The position numbers were made by a program, and so were the translations under genes. The notes beneath the pieces are model-generated. The model was not told the origin of the DNA, searched no databases, and was given only the letters and a program-made list of their open reading frames with translations. From the human T2T-CHM13v2.0 reference genome, Homo sapiens, in the NCBI RefSeq assembly GCF_009914755.1, contig NC_060935.1: a stretch of DNA of 64,000 bases; one strand, 5' to 3'. Below are positions 44,448 through 63,747 of this stretch, one piece after another. Position 1 is the stretch's first letter; each line of letters starts with the position of its first letter.

Positions 44448-45996
44448 GATGAATGGACAACTCCTGGGTGCCTCTTAGATTGCTTGAAAATGCCCATGTA
44501 GTGTGATATGCAGCATTTCAGCCTATGGGGTGATATAATAGCAGCTAATATTTACCAAATGCTTGCTAAGTACCAGTCTTTACATGTGTTATCTGTGCTT
44601 TAACCCTCTTATAAACGATCTTTATAAAGTGATACTATCATGATCTTCATGTCTTAGATGGGGAAATGAGGCTCACTGTGGTTAAGTGCCTTGCTCAAGA
44701 GTCCAAATCTGAAGAACTGAAGCAAAGAAATGGCAGAGTCAGGATTCTAACCCAGGTCTGCCTGATCCCATAGATCCCATAGATCGTGTTTTTAAGCACC
44801 CTGCAAAAGCATTCTGTTCCCGTATATTTCCAGGTAGTTCCAGTTGATTGTTACTACATGTTGTGGATGAACAAAATTGAAATATTTGGGTTTCTCCTTT
44901 GTTCTAGTGATTAATTACTAAATGTTCACATAGCCAGTAAAATTCTATGCCACCAAACTTTAAAGTGCTCATGCTGCTGCACTTTAAAAATTAAGGCAAA
45001 GGAAGATGCAGAAGGAAGGGTCAAAGCCAAGAGGAACATACATTGCTAATTTCCATCATAGAACAAAAGATGTTAATGTAACTTGTCTTAACGTCTGCAC
45101 CAGGGAAGCAAAGTGATTCGAGGGACTCAGTCAATTCTTCCAAGGCCTACTGTATGCCAAGTACATTTCAAGCTTCAGTATACACTGGAGGATAAAGGCC
45201 ATTCTCCTTAATTTGGAGTGTATATCCTTAGAAGGGAGAAGACATTCCCAGTGTCAGTCACCCAAAAAAGAGGCATATTTTAGGGCAGGGTGGGATATTG
45301 AAATGTGAGCTTTAAAAGGAAATGAAATATCTTCCTTCTGCCAGGTGGGGTTCCCTGGGAGTTGGACTTTGAAGAGCCTAAGTGTGTTGTTTTGATGGTG
45401 AAAAAGCATGGGCCGAGGATATGTTGAGGCCTCTGGGCTCTGAAAGCAGCTAAACCCAGTGGCCTGTTTTAAGTTATTCTCCTTATATTATTTCCTTACT
45501 CACAAACCTTCGAGCAGGTTTCATTCAACATGTTATTCTGGTCTCAGTAGTGATGTGGGATAATGAGGAAGGGTCTGTGTTCACCTTTGGAGTAGAGAGA
45601 AAAGCAGCCCTCTCTTGAGCTCTGCATTGTGGTGAGATATGAACTTACTAAGGAACAAGACTCTGGCCCAATCACTCCTCCACAATGGGTGTTAACTTGT
45701 TTTATTGTCAACACTGAATGGACTGGGTGTTCCATTTAGTACTAAGGGATTCAGGAAGTTTTCCACCAAATGTTACACAGACAGAAAAAGTTTATGTTGG
45801 AAGGATGAAGGGAAAAGTTGGATGGGCCCAGGTAATCAAGTGTTCATTAATTCATTCAGCAAATGCTTATTCAGTGCCTTTCATGTGCCACTGAGCACAC
45901 AGGCACTGGGGATGCATCCATGAACGATGACTCCAACTCAAGAGAGCCAGCAGCTATTCTGGCAATGTCCTAGGATGTAAGAAAGCTTCAAAATTA

Positions 45997-47757
<1,761 letters not shown>

Positions 47758-47914
47758 TAACCAAAGATTAAAATCCGTCTTGGGGGGTTTGACACCTATC
47801 TGTCCCTGCAGTAGACCCACCCTGGCCCATGCAGTTCGTTCCCTCTCGCCAGCTGCACCCCCTCCAGGACCTGGGAGCCCAGAAACCAGCCGAGCCTCCA
47901 GCGTTTGGCCTCCT

Positions 47915-47933
47915 CCGCCACCAGAGGGCGTCA
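47915..47933 (+). promoter_or_regulatory. Candidate CTCF site
   Basis: CCGCCACCAGAGGGCGTCA, near-consensus core. Confidence 0.7.
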
Positions 47934-48427
47934 TGGGCCGATCGCCCCTCCGCTAACCGCTCATCCCAGGAAAAAGGGGCGCACAGAGGACAGGATGCCA
48001 ACCCCAAAACCGCAGCGACGTCTCTCTGCCTTGGGGCTCACAGCAGCGGGCCGCGACCTCCCACTAACGCCTGCCGCAACCCAAGGAGGAGACAAAAGTC
48101 ATCTTCCGGGCTGCAACATTAACCGTCATCAGCGCGCCTCTTCAGCGCGCACTGCGCCAACCCTGCGGCAGGAGGAGGCGGAGCCCCCGCTCTCGCCCCG
48201 CCCCCACCTCACGTGACCCGCACGGCGCCTCGAGGCCGGAAGCGATTGCGAGCCAGCGCGCGCGCTTCGGCGTTCCCGGCGGTCTGCGAAGTTTCCGGAG
48301 CCCCGGTCCCGCCGCGGGTTCGCGCTTGTGCTCGCGCTCGTTCCTGGAGTCGGCGGCCGCTGCGCGCGCTCGTTGCCCAACCCGGTCCCCGCCCCCAGAC
48401 ACGCCGGGCTCTCGGGGCACCACAGCC

Positions 48428-48455
48428 ATGTGCTCGTTAGCGTCAGGCGCTACCG
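48428..48455 (+). CDS. PRMT3: PRMT3 exon 1 coding part (MCSLASGATG)
   Basis: GCCATG start; ACCG|GTGGGT donor; 28 nt; matches the PRMT3 N-terminus. Confidence 0.93.
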
Positions 48456-48699
48456 GTGGGTACCCTGGCCCCTCAGCACCCGGCTCGTCCAGCCCCAGGC
48501 CGCGCCGCTGTGGGGCCGGTGGAAGACCCTCCGGGACACGGGCCCGGGCAGGGTGGGGGGCTCGCAGGGATCATGAAGGAGGTGCTGAGTGAGGGCCGCG
48601 GGCGAACGGGGCGGAGGAGAGCCCATCGTCACCTGCTCCTCGAGCCCCCGGGCCGCACCGGTGTCCGAGGCCGATCTGATTGTTGTGTGTGTGTGTTAG

Positions 48700-48835
48700 G
48701 CGGCCGGGGCGCTGTGGAGAATGAGGAGGACCTGCCAGAACTGTCGGACAGCGGGGACGAGGCCGCCTGGGAGGATGAGGACGATGCAGATCTCCCCCAC
48801 GGCAAGCAGCAGACCCCCTGCCTGTTCTGTAACAG
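48700..48835 (+). CDS. PRMT3: PRMT3 exon 2 (acidic region and CxxC of the C2H2 zinc finger)
   Basis: TTAG|G acceptor; GRGAVENEEDLPELSDSGDEAAWEDEDDADLPHGKQQTPCLFCNR; AG|GTTCGT donor; 136 nt. Confidence 0.96.
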
Positions 48836-50420
48836 GTTCGTCCGCCTCAGCGCCTGGCCTCTGCCCTAGGGTGCCCGGGCGCGTGGGGTCTGTGTGCCCA
48901 GGAACGCCTTCGGGCGGGAGGCAAGCCAGAGTGGCCTGTCTTTGAATTCTGGAACCACTGGTCTGGGGTGAGGGCTTGTGGAGAAGGAGGACCCTCGGTA
49001 GTAGAGAGGGGGAACCGTGAACTGGAAGGCCGGTTGTACTGCAAGCTTTTGACTGGTAGTGCATTGAATCTGTGGTTCCCAAATCTTGTCACTTGAGACG
49101 CTGAAAACAAAATGATACTGAACTCTGCACCTGAATCCTTCCAAGTCAGGGATGGGGTCTAAGAATATTCTGTTTTTATGAGGACAAGATCGGAAGTAAC
49201 AGTGAAGTTACTAACGAGTTACTACTAACGAGTAACATATTTGGCAGCCACCCTGAACTAGATAATCCCTACGGAGCCTTCCGGCTTTACCATGCTAATT
49301 CTTTGACCAGTACAGAGCTTCTCAGGTGAAACATTTCTTTTTTATTTGAGCGGTTTCCATAGTCTAAGAAGGAAGTTCACCTTACTTAAGTAGGACTTTT
49401 CACTTAAGGAAAAAGACTGTAGTATCAATAATTTGCTCAAGGTCACAAAGCTGTGGTGTGCTTATTTCCAAACTCACATTCTTGCCACTTAAAATTCTGC
49501 CTGTTAGTCTTGGGAAGCTTTGGCTCCTGTCCTAGGCAAGTAGGCATGAAAGAGGCCCGGTTGGCATTGGCCGGTGTTACTTTAATACATTTTCCAGTGT
49601 TCCCTGTATCTGGGCATGGTGCTGAGTGGTGGTGCGTTAGTGTTCTCATCTGTAGCCCCATTGGGTAGATAGAATGCCTGTATATATTCTAGTTGTCATA
49701 AAATATTTATTGAGCACCAGTGGTACAGTGGCTGTGATAGCCTCCATAAATAGTCCACATAACCTATCTCGGTAGACATTTGTGGAAAACTAATGCTCCA
49801 CATGTGTTAGGAATATAGATAAGGTATACAGCTTCTCTGCTGTGTATTCCTGTCTTTAAGTAGCCTTCAGATTTGCATGTCACATAATAAAGAGGATTGA
49901 TCCTCACAGTGTCTGTGATGCAAGTACGTTGGGAATACTACAAGATCACTTTTGAAATAAGGCACTTGGGGAGTATGCCAGCTGTAAAATTACATTTTAT
50001 GCTTTATTTCTAAAAGCAGTTTGAGCTGTGCCAGTTCAAAGCCTCTGAAAGCAGAGTTGACACTTAGAGGAGAAAAGAATCTCAAGTAGAGAAATTGTAT
50101 GACTTGAGAGAAACAGACTCTATCAAAGGGAACTCTCTTAAAAGCCTTTTGATAAAATCAGTGATATTATTTGACAAATAAATTCACTTTGACATTTAAA
50201 GGATAATTGGTTTTAGGTATAAAATGGGACTCAGAAGTACTAATTCCCTTTAAAAGTGCTGGATTCCCTTCCTTTCAGATACAAGTGTGTTTGTTTTTTC
50301 TTAATTGGAAGTAAAACTAGAAACCAGCAGAGTTAAAAAAAAAAAGTGTATATGTAACATGAAATCAGTATTTAGACTTCTTAGGGGACTATTCCATGAA
50401 GCTATTGCTTGATTTTTCAG

Positions 50421-50503
50421 GTTATTCACATCTGCTGAAGAAACATTTTCACACTGTAAGTCTGAGCATCAGTTTAATATTGACAGCATGGTTCATAAAC
50501 ATG
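50421..50503 (+). CDS. PRMT3: PRMT3 exon 3 (zinc-finger HxxxxH)
   Basis: TTTTCAG|G; LFTSAEETFSHCKSEHQFNIDSMVHKHG; G|GTGAGT; 83 nt. Confidence 0.96.
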
Positions 50504-50545
50504 GTGAGTAGTTTTTAGAATAAAGGCAATTTAATTTGTGAAATT

Positions 50546-52219
<1,674 letters not shown>

Positions 52220-52886
52220 TTAATGTTTTTAATGTTGCATTTCTAAAGTATTAGAATCATACTTAAGATAGAATTTTGTTTTGTTTTTTTTTTACTTACC
52301 GATATAGGGGGTTTGTATACTATTAAAGCTTTCTCATAACAAGAGTTTTATGACAAATAATTGGTTGGTTGGATGTATTACTGCTTTCCTTTGTTTTAAA
52401 TGCTGCTTCATTTCTGGAAAGATACGAGAACCAGATAACAAGCCTTATTGGGCTTGCATCATTTAACTTCATGTAAAAGCTAGTATACACCATGTCCTGG
52501 CAAAATTATAATTTGATACACACCATAAAAATTAGGGATTTAATACTTTCAGCTCTGATATCAGTTGCCAAATACTTGGTAAAATGTGGATCTAATTTTC
52601 CAGATTTGTATTGTTCTGACAAAGGAGGAGTAGAATTTTAGAAATCAGTTTCCCATCTTTTTAGAAATACTAGAAAAGCTTTAATTTGTCATCTATGGCT
52701 GCTTCTCAAGATATTCAGAAGTATCATTGTATTACTACTTCTAATTCTTAATAAAATTCAAAATATAAGTAGTAATTTAGAGGTCAGAATTATTTTATTG
52801 TTTAATCAGAGAAGGCTTTATAGAATAGGTCAGTTAAACAAAACTCATTATGTTAACATAGGTGAATTATCTTTTTCCCCCTTTAG

Positions 52887-52936
52887 GACTTGAATTTTAT
52901 GGATACATTAAGCTAATAAATTTTATTAGACTTAAG
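52887..52936 (+). CDS. PRMT3: PRMT3 exon 4
   Basis: CTTTAG|GA; LEFYGYIKLINFIRLK; AAG|GTAAGT; 50 nt. Confidence 0.96.
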
Positions 52937-53572
52937 GTAAGTTGACAGCTTAATTTATAATTTCGTTTAGAAATCAAAGAAATGCTACAGTGACTGTCAG
53001 TGTACTGATTATTTAAAAGAATATGAGGAACTGCATTAAATTTGGTACTCATCATATTGGGGGAATCACGGACATTAGGAGGTAGCACAGCAGAAAGCAC
53101 CATGTAAATGTCTACCATAACTAACAAATATTGTTTTCACTGCATCTAAGAGATGAATCGGTGTATGTGAAAAAGTAATTCAGTGTCAAATAAAGGGAAA
53201 TACTGATGGACAGGATCTGTAAAATGAGAAATAATTTCTAATGTGATTTTAAGTATTTTGGTTGCTCTTTTTTATTCTGTTTTTTTTCAGATACTTTGTT
53301 TTTTTTTTTTTTTGTCCTGTTTAAATGAATGTTTAATGACATGACAACGCTTTCCCCAAATCCAAACAGTAAAAAAAACTCTGCGTTGAAACTGCTGGTT
53401 AAGCAGTCGTCCAGCAAGTTAATGAAATGACAGGCACGTAGACTTTTTGGAGACATACTGACTTTGTGTAATGCAAACATGATTTCCTTTTTGTTTAATT
53501 TCTGTAGTTTTTACTAAGGGGATTTTGTGATTATATGTAATGAAAAAAACATGAGATTAATTTTATATCCAG

Positions 53573-53675
53573 AATCCTACAGTTGAGTACATGAATTCCA
53601 TATACAACCCAGTGCCTTGGGAGAAAGAAGAGTATTTGAAGCCAGTATTAGAAGATGACCTTTTACTTCAATTTG
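53573..53675 (+). CDS. PRMT3: PRMT3 exon 5
   Basis: TCCAG|AAT; NPTVEYMNSIYNPVPWEKEEYLKPVLEDDLLLQF; G|GTAAGA; 103 nt. Confidence 0.96.
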
Positions 53676-53842
53676 GTAAGATGAACATAAGTGTATCTCC
53701 TTTAATTAACATAAGGCCGTTTGTTAACGGCAAAATGGAGGTAGAGTGTTTTAGGAAAAGACATGCTTTTTAAAATTATCTAAATGCTTCATCAGGTAGT
53801 TAGTTTCAGTAGAAAAGTTAAGTTGCTTAAAAACTAATAGTC

Positions 53843-54090
53843 GGCCAGGTGTGGCGGCTCACGCCTGTAATCCCAACACTTTGGGAGGCTAAAAGGGCAG
53901 ATCACGAGGTCAGGAGATCCAGACCATCATGGCTAACACAGTGAAACCCCATCTCTACTAAAAATACAAAAAATTAGCCGGGCATGGTGGCGGGCTTCTG
54001 TAGTCCCATCTACTCGGGAGGTTGAGGCAGGAGAATCACTTGAACCTGGTATACAGGTGACAGAGCAAGACTCTGTCTAAAAAAACTAAA
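53843..54090 (+). mobile_element. Alu with right-arm deletion
   Basis: Alu sequence lacking part of the right arm. Confidence 0.88.
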
Positions 54091-55124
54091 AACTCTGTGA
54101 TCAAAAGATTGTCTGGTTTTGCCTTTAATTGCTTCATGTATTTTGGAGCTCTTATGTGAGGTTTATACACATTTATAATTGTTATATTTTACTGAAAAAT
54201 TGGTCAGCTTTTGCAGTAATTCTTCTCTGCCCGAAAGAAGTATCCAGGTGATTTGAACATCCTGAGACAGAAGGTAGATGTAGATGTTCATCTTTCTGAA
54301 TATGGTTTAGGCCTTTGAATTAGACTGTTCTAGCAAATTGTAGTTAGGAATCTTAATATTTACTGAATCCTCTTTTTTTCAAATCTCTAAGTTTAATCTT
54401 TAATATATAATTATCTGCATATTCTTAACATTAAAAAGTTTTTATTATGACTAATTTTTATTGCAGCAGAAAGCAAAACAGAAACTGGCCAAACAGTTTG
54501 AAGAATTTTGAAATCAAAATACAAAATGAGGTTTGTAGTAGGAAGTAGAAAATACAGTATACCAGCCTTATATAGTTTGGAAATATTTTGTTGTGCTGAT
54601 TAATTTTTGGTGAATTAGATAGTGAATGATGCAGTTTTTAAACCTCAGTGACTCAATATTCTGCCACAGTGATGAGAAGTTAGTGACACCCTGCACTGCT
54701 TTTATAACAAGAATTCAACTTAGGCTGTAGTCTCTTATAGTATAATGCATTCGTTTGGCTTAGCCATTTTGTCCTAATTCCAAGGACGTGTCTTCACAAC
54801 TAAAAAATGAATAGGAATTTTTACGAAGTCACATTTCTTCCAGTGCTATCCTGAGGGGAAAATGTAATATTTGCACTGCTCACTGCCTTAAGTTGATCCG
54901 AAAGTTAGATCAGTAAATGGACACTGATTTTGTGAAATTCACTAACTACATATATTAACTTCTCTTTGTAGAGAAGTGAAATTAAAATTAAATACTAGGA
55001 ATTAGGATATTTAATAATATCAGCAATAAGACTTTAGTGTATAGATTTCACTCCACCTTGCCCAGGATGAAAAATTATTGAATGTGTAGAATTCTTTACA
55101 CGCTGTCCTTCGGAATGTTTTTTT

Positions 55125-55580
55125 TTTCCTCCAGTTTTATTCAGGTATAATTGATAAGTGAAAATTGTGTACATTTCAGGTATACAATGTGATGATTTGA
55201 TATGCATATACATTGTGAAATGATTACCATAACCAAGCTGATTAACATCATCACCTCACATTCCATTTTTTTATTTTTGTGGTGAGAACAGTTAAGATCT
55301 ATTGTCTGCAAATTTCAAGTATACAGTGCAGCATTTTTAACTATAGTCACTTTACAATAGACAGATGCCCAGAACTTACTCATCTTGTAGCTGAAAGTGT
55401 GTACCCTTTGACCAACATCTCCTCATTTCCACCACCATTCCACTCTCTGCTGCTGTGAGTTTTTTTTTAATTCCACACAAGAGTGAGATCACACAGTATT
55501 TGTCTGTTTGTGTCTGGCTTATTTTGCTTCACATAATGTCCTCCATGTTCATTCATATTTTCATATATGGCAGGATTTCC
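55125..55580 (-). mobile_element. Old L1M 3' fragment
   Basis: GTATACAATGTGATGATTTGATATGCATATACATTGTGAAATGATTACC... TCTGGCTTATTTTGCTTCACATAATGTCCTCC. Confidence 0.75.
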
Positions 55581-56010
55581 CTTAAGCAATATCTGAATTT
55601 AATACCTGCTACAATAAGGACATGGGCTAGGAGGTGGCTTTGTGTAATGGGAAGAACGTGGGCTGGGAAGGCAGGTTTGGGTTTAAATCTTAGTTCCTCC
55701 ATAAACAGATATATAACTTTAGGATAGTCACTTAATTTCTCTGAAATTTATTTTTTCCTTGCCTAAAATAGGGATAAATACATCTTAACTGTGTTTTGAG
55801 AATAAAACAAGATGTAATGATGTACTGGAAAGATACCTGCTGATCAATAAATATTAGGTTTTTTTCTTTCTACTTTTTTCTTTCTTCCTGGATTTGGTTG
55901 AGTATAATTAATAATTAATATTTAAATATATGTTCAGTTTAGCCAACTAATGAAAAACTTAGACTAACAGCATGCTCTTTGAATTCAAATTAAAATAGTG
56001 TAGATGATAA

Positions 56011-56328
<318 letters not shown>

Positions 56329-56478
56329 AAGATGATTAATATTCAATTAAAAGTACTTTCACTAATCTTTCTCAATTGGCCACATAGTAGAAACTTAGGG
56401 CGTATTTATTCCTAACATATTTATACTTGTTTTATTGTTATAAGATGGCCTGATAATAATGTCCATTTATTTCTTTAG

Positions 56479-56638
56479 ATGTAGAAGATCTTTATGAACC
56501 GGTGTCAGTACCCTTCTCATACCCCAATGGACTCAGTGAAAATACATCTGTTGTTGAAAAATTGAAACATATGGAAGCCAGGGCACTGTCTGCTGAAGCC
56601 GCATTGGCCAGAGCACGTGAGGATCTGCAAAAAATGAA
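56479..56638 (+). CDS. PRMT3: PRMT3 exon 6
   Basis: CTTTAG|AT; DVEDLYEPVSVPFSYPNGLSENTSVVEKLKHMEARALSAEAALARAREDLQKMK; AA|GTAATT; 160 nt. Confidence 0.96.
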
Positions 56639-57032
56639 GTAATTTATCAATCTTGCAAAATTAATTGTTTTAGATCTCCAGAATAATACAACCTAATGGC
56701 AAAGTAGAATATAGTAGAACATTTCATATACTGGAAAGTACAATGTAGATATTTTATCTTCATACTGTTAAAGATATGTAGCATTTTTGTACACTATGGA
56801 TATAGTTAATTAATATAAAATCTTATAGTTTTACCTATTCTGATATGTTCTGACAAATGTTGTCCTCATGAATGTTTTTGTTCTTTATTGCCTTCCTTTC
56901 AGTTTTCCTGTTTGCATTGATTTCTCCATTTTACTTTTTCTATCCTAGTTTTTTAAAGTGGAAGGATTAATCTTTTTGAGGTTTGGGGAAAATACAGGGT
57001 TGAAGTTTTTAGTTTTAAAGAATCAAAATGTA

Positions 57033-57345
<313 letters not shown>

Positions 57346-58217
57346 TTATGGTGTAGTATGAACCCAGAAAACCAGATATACGGTGACAGTTTTTTCCAGT
57401 GAATAAATTAGCATTCTACTGGTGTAGTACTTTTCAAAGTTTAATGTGCATAGGAATCAACTGGGATCGTGTTAAAATATAAATTCTGATTCAGAAGATT
57501 GAGAATAGGGCCTGAGATTCTGCATTTCTGACAAGTATACCTCACAGGCCTTCCTGTTGGATTTGTAAGCTGTTTGCTGTTGCCTGAGTACCCATCTGAT
57601 GGTTTGCCAGAATGAATGTCCAGCAGGAAAGATAGTAGAGCCAATTGTAGTTCCTCTTCCCTGTTTCAGAATTTTTATGCTAGGTAACCAAGTAACCAAC
57701 ACCAGCTCTACCTTTTGCCCCTTTGAACTTCTCCCTTTTATATACCTTATGGATTCCTAATATGTCATGATCTGAGAGGGATCTAAGTTTTAGAGCTGGA
57801 GTGGGCGGTGCTGGTGTATGTAAATAATTATCTATTTGGGTCTACTTTCTGCTTACATAATACTCCCAAGAAATAATATGGTTTTAAAGAATATTAATAG
57901 AGCTGAAATAAACGACATTGATTCATTTGCTAAAAAAGGATTTTAAAACAATAGAAATAATAGAGGATTATAAAAGTAATATGCTTATTTGTTCAGTTGA
58001 AAGACATAAGGAGCTACAATCTGCGGTTGGCATTGCTTTTGTGGTTTGTAGAAGGAGTATGTATAATTGTTTCTGAATATTGCCACTGCTTCAGATCCAG
58101 CAGGGGGAGCTTTCAGTTGTTCAAGATAGAATGTGATTTAGAAGACTCATCACACTGCACTCCCTCCCCTTTCCTCTTCCTCAACCTCTAGCCTTTCCTT
58201 TATTCATGGTCCAATAA

Positions 58218-58442
<225 letters not shown>

Positions 58443-58567
58443 TAGAACAGGTTCTTTCTTAATATATGTGTGCACTATAGGAGACCTCTTTTTTTTGGGT
58501 GGGGAGAACTGCTTTTTAAACACCTCTTTGGTGCTTGGTATCTCATCTTGGGTTGAAACTATTACAA

Positions 58568-58710
58568 GACTGGGCACGGTGGCACATGCCTGTAATACCA
58601 GCACTTTGGGAGCCCGAGGCAGGAGGATTGCTTGAGCCCAGGAGTTTGACACCAGCCTGGGCAATACAGTGAGACCCTGTCTCTATTTAAAAAAAAAAAA
58701 AAAAAAAAAA
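58568..58710 (+). mobile_element. Alu monomer (FLAM-like)
   Basis: Single arm plus poly-A. Confidence 0.85.
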
Positions 58711-59053
58711 GATTACAGAGGCATCAGTCATTTGTACATTCCATTTAAAATCATTAATCTTTTTATGAAATCACTTTTTCCTTAAAATATTGGAAAAACG
58801 ACAATTTTAGTCTTCTCAAGGGCAGCTATTAAATAAGAACAATTAGATGGATTAAATTATATGTTACCTTTTAACGTGTAAAGGAAATGATTAATTTCAG
58901 TGTTTTAAATAGCCATACTGACTTTTGTTTGGGCCAATAATAATTCTTTGATATAAAGTTTAATTATAAATCTCACAATTTTTATGGTGTAAGTTTTTTA
59001 CATTTGAAATAATTGACATATAGGAGTATTTCCTGAATTGGTCAAATTAGGTA

Positions 59054-59589
<536 letters not shown>

Positions 59590-62500
59590 TATTTAAATCT
59601 GGCTGGTTTTAATTTTTATAACGGTAATATCCATATAAAATAGAAGTTGATTTCTAGCTATACTTGATAATTATACATTTTATTAAGTATTATAGATTGT
59701 AAAATAGGAAGATGTAATTTTTAGTTCAGTGAAATTGAGAATATCTACATAGAGTAAAATAAATGTTGGAACGTAAAATTGAAAGTTTTAGATGTTTATC
59801 TCTGAATTTTAGATGCCACCATTACCTGTTCTTAAAACCAACAAACAAAATATCCCTTTCTAAATCCTTCTTTCAGAGATTGTTTTATTTTATGGTTTCC
59901 CTGAAGCATAGGCATTTAAGCTAACCAGGGATATTTGATAACATGTATATATTTTGTTGATTCAGTTTTGCTGGATCACAGAATAGAAGTTTGGTAATTG
60001 ATAATTGTACTTATATGGGGTCTTTTAAAACATTGTCATGTCATTACTAATTGCATGTCATGGTTGTGCTTTTTGTTGTCACGTAGGTAATGGCATAACA
60101 TTATAAATAATAGATATGTTATTATAAGTAATACGTTATTTTAAGTCTCAGTGAATTTGTTGAAAAGAAATTGACTTGCTTCATTTTCTTTATTAAAATT
60201 AATTTTTTTATGTTTAGAGTATTTTCTTTAAAGAGGTTTATCTAGGGCCATGTTTGTCATATTAAATCACCCCATCAGCTTAAATACCATAAACCTTTCA
60301 TTCCTTTGGTATGGAAATTGTGTTGGGCTTTTCAGACAGATTAAAGGTCACCGAAACTTTCAGTAGAGTGTTGAGTGTTGTGAGTACAATCATCAGGGAA
60401 ATTCAGTTTGAGTACTTACCATTTACAAATCTTTATCCTGGACACTTGTATGTCAGTAACCATAAGATTTCACACCTGCTCTGGTACGTTTAACTCCTTT
60501 CAATGTACATATAGATTTAAGAAGTTCCAACTTGAAGTTTCCAGTGCCACCTTCTCCCTTTGAGAGAATCACTTAAATATCATTCTTTGTGCCTTAGCTT
60601 CCTTTAGTTCTTGTGCAGTGTAATTTCCTCCCCTTGGAAATGATTTGATTAAATGTCTATAGGACATATGGATAGTTGATTCAAAAAGAACTGTTTATTC
60701 ATTTGCATTTTGCCAAGTTACGTGCCTTGGATGAATGTGAAGCATGCCTTATATCACAGCTTTATTTCTTGTTTCTTAGAACGATTCTTAGCACACATAA
60801 ACTGTTCAAGGTATATTACCACTAGAATCTTACCTAATTTTTATAAATCATTTAAAATTGAGAAATCATATTTACAGGACATATTTTTATGCTTGGCATT
60901 GGCCTTGTTTTTATAGAGTATAATTTGGATTTTTTGTTGCTTGGCTTCATGTCTTTCCATGACACTATTTTTGGTACATGTTTTAATTATAATTTTAAAT
61001 AAAAGTAGCTTGTGATCTTATTTCTTTAGATAAGATGAAGATACCTTTTTTGAATTCCAGAGATATAATTGATAGAGGGATAGATTACATGAACTTTCAG
61101 AATTCCTTGCCACTTTATCTTTTTGAAGAAGAGTCATCATTGGCTAACACTATAAATCCGAAATGCATCGGTCTTCTTTGTTTTAAGATAAACATTATTC
61201 ATTCTGTTGTACATTTATCACAGATCATAGTACCATTTAGTAAAGTGAAATTTCAGTAATTTTTCTTTGCTGCATTCTCTTTATTGTATCTGCACCTGTC
61301 TCATGCACTTGGTCCACCTTTATGAGCTTGTAAATTAAAAACATACTGTTGCTTGTGTATGTAAAATTTGTAGTATATAACTTTTTTCTTTACCTTCATT
61401 CTTTTTTTTATATTTGTAGGAATAATTTCTTGATACTTTACTAGTCTTAAAATATTATCTTGCTCCTAAGTATTGGAGCAGTAATTTTGTTATTTTATTT
61501 TTCTTAGTTTCAAGGTTGATATAAAAAAAATTTTTAAATTTCTGTTTATTGTTGTTTTGTATTGACGTGTTAGCCTTTGTTAGAATAAATTTTTAGAAAT
61601 GGTTATAAAGGCTACTCTTTTATTTGCTTGCATTTTCGTATTTATTGGATTTTTTTTTTTCCAAAAATTAAGTGACTGAATTGAAGCTCTGCTATATACA
61701 AGACACTATGTTTTGTATACTTTGGATTTCATTACACCAGCATGAGCATACAAACAAAAACAGATTTATATATTGTAAGAGCCAGAATGAAAGATTGTAG
61801 TTTAGTTGAGCAGCAGTGCATAGCATTAGGATAGCAGTTGGAATTCTTTTGATTAAGGGGAAGTGGTGGTCAGGCAGTATGATTAGTGGGAGCTTTCTGA
61901 GTGACTGCATTCCTGACTGATGTTCACTCTGTGTAAGTTTTGTCGTTTCTGCAAAAATCACTGGTTATAGTATCAGAAGAGTGTAAAATTTGTAAAAGTG
62001 TATGAAACGGTATGCTTTGAAAAAAAGTTTTAAAATTAGATAATTAGTTAATATATATACATTTATTCATCTTAGTAATTCTTCAGGAGAAGATTTAATA
62101 ATTTTTTTGTAAAGCAGTGAGAAATAATCAGAAAACATGGAATTAATTATGGACAATTCCCTTTTTAGGTCTAGTACTTAAGTAAAACAACTTGCCCTTT
62201 AAGATCTCCTTTTATGCATTAAAAAAAAACTCAATTGGCATAAAAATGTATTGGGGGTATGAGTTGTATAAAATTTTGATATTGTAGCAATTGGTGTAAT
62301 ATGTCCTTTTCACCCTAATGTGAAACTTAAAACTAGAATTCCCATTCTATGATATTTATTTTTATCACAGTCATATTTTACTTACTTGACAGCAGAGCCC
62401 CTAACTGCTTAATTTGCAGTCAGTATGTGTTTCAACCTAGGGAATCAACTCTGTTCATGAACCAGCATAAATGTTAGAGTTACATGTTTGCCTTGGTCAC

Positions 62501-62669
62501 AGGTTATGGGAGACTCCAGAGTGTAGGAGCCTTATAATGTGGGCTGCAGGGCTCAAATGATTTACTTTTAGGCTTACAGGCTTTTAAACATCATTTCCTA
62601 CTACAGAAATTTTTACAGACAAAACAGGAATGTAAATCAGATAGGTGCTGATCAATGACTTTCTTAGAA

Positions 62670-63208
<539 letters not shown>

Positions 63209-63594
63209 TCTCCCTTATTTTAATATAGCTCTAGTACAGAGAATCAGGCTGTAGTTTCCAGGCCCTGTTGAAAGGAGCAAAACATGTTCATCTTTTATTA
63301 GCTTTAATTATCACTCTAAGTCTTATGGTGATAATGCACGTCAAGAGGAAAATGTACGCATTTTTAAGAACTTGGGTCTTATTTGAGTTTCAGTCTTCAT
63401 AAAATATTTTCTTTGTGTGTTGTTGCTATTTCTATTCTTTATTGTTTTCTTAGGAGAAAAATAAGCTTGGTATCCCAGGTATAAAAACTGCTATGGAAAC
63501 TAGCAATGTGTGTTAATATGGCAAATATCTCCCTTAAAAAATTTATTTGTTTAGACTGTCCTATAAACACAGCGTTTTCCTCTCTCCACCCTAG

Positions 63595-63747
<153 letters not shown>

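Larger units (their letters stand above)
47880..48920 (+). promoter_or_regulatory. PRMT3: PRMT3 CpG-island promoter
   Basis: CpG-dense, no obvious TATA. GC box 48196-48204, TCACGTGAC 48209-48217, ETS CCGGAAG 48236-48242, GCGC runs. Confidence 0.9.

Noticed and set aside
54669-54760. GTGATGA as a possible C box of an intronic snoRNA
   Set aside because: No suitably placed CTGA D box or terminal stem.
61863-61871. GLI-like site GTGGTGGTC in PRMT3 intron 7
   Set aside because: One mismatch to TGGGTGGTC and isolated; not supportable without conservation data.
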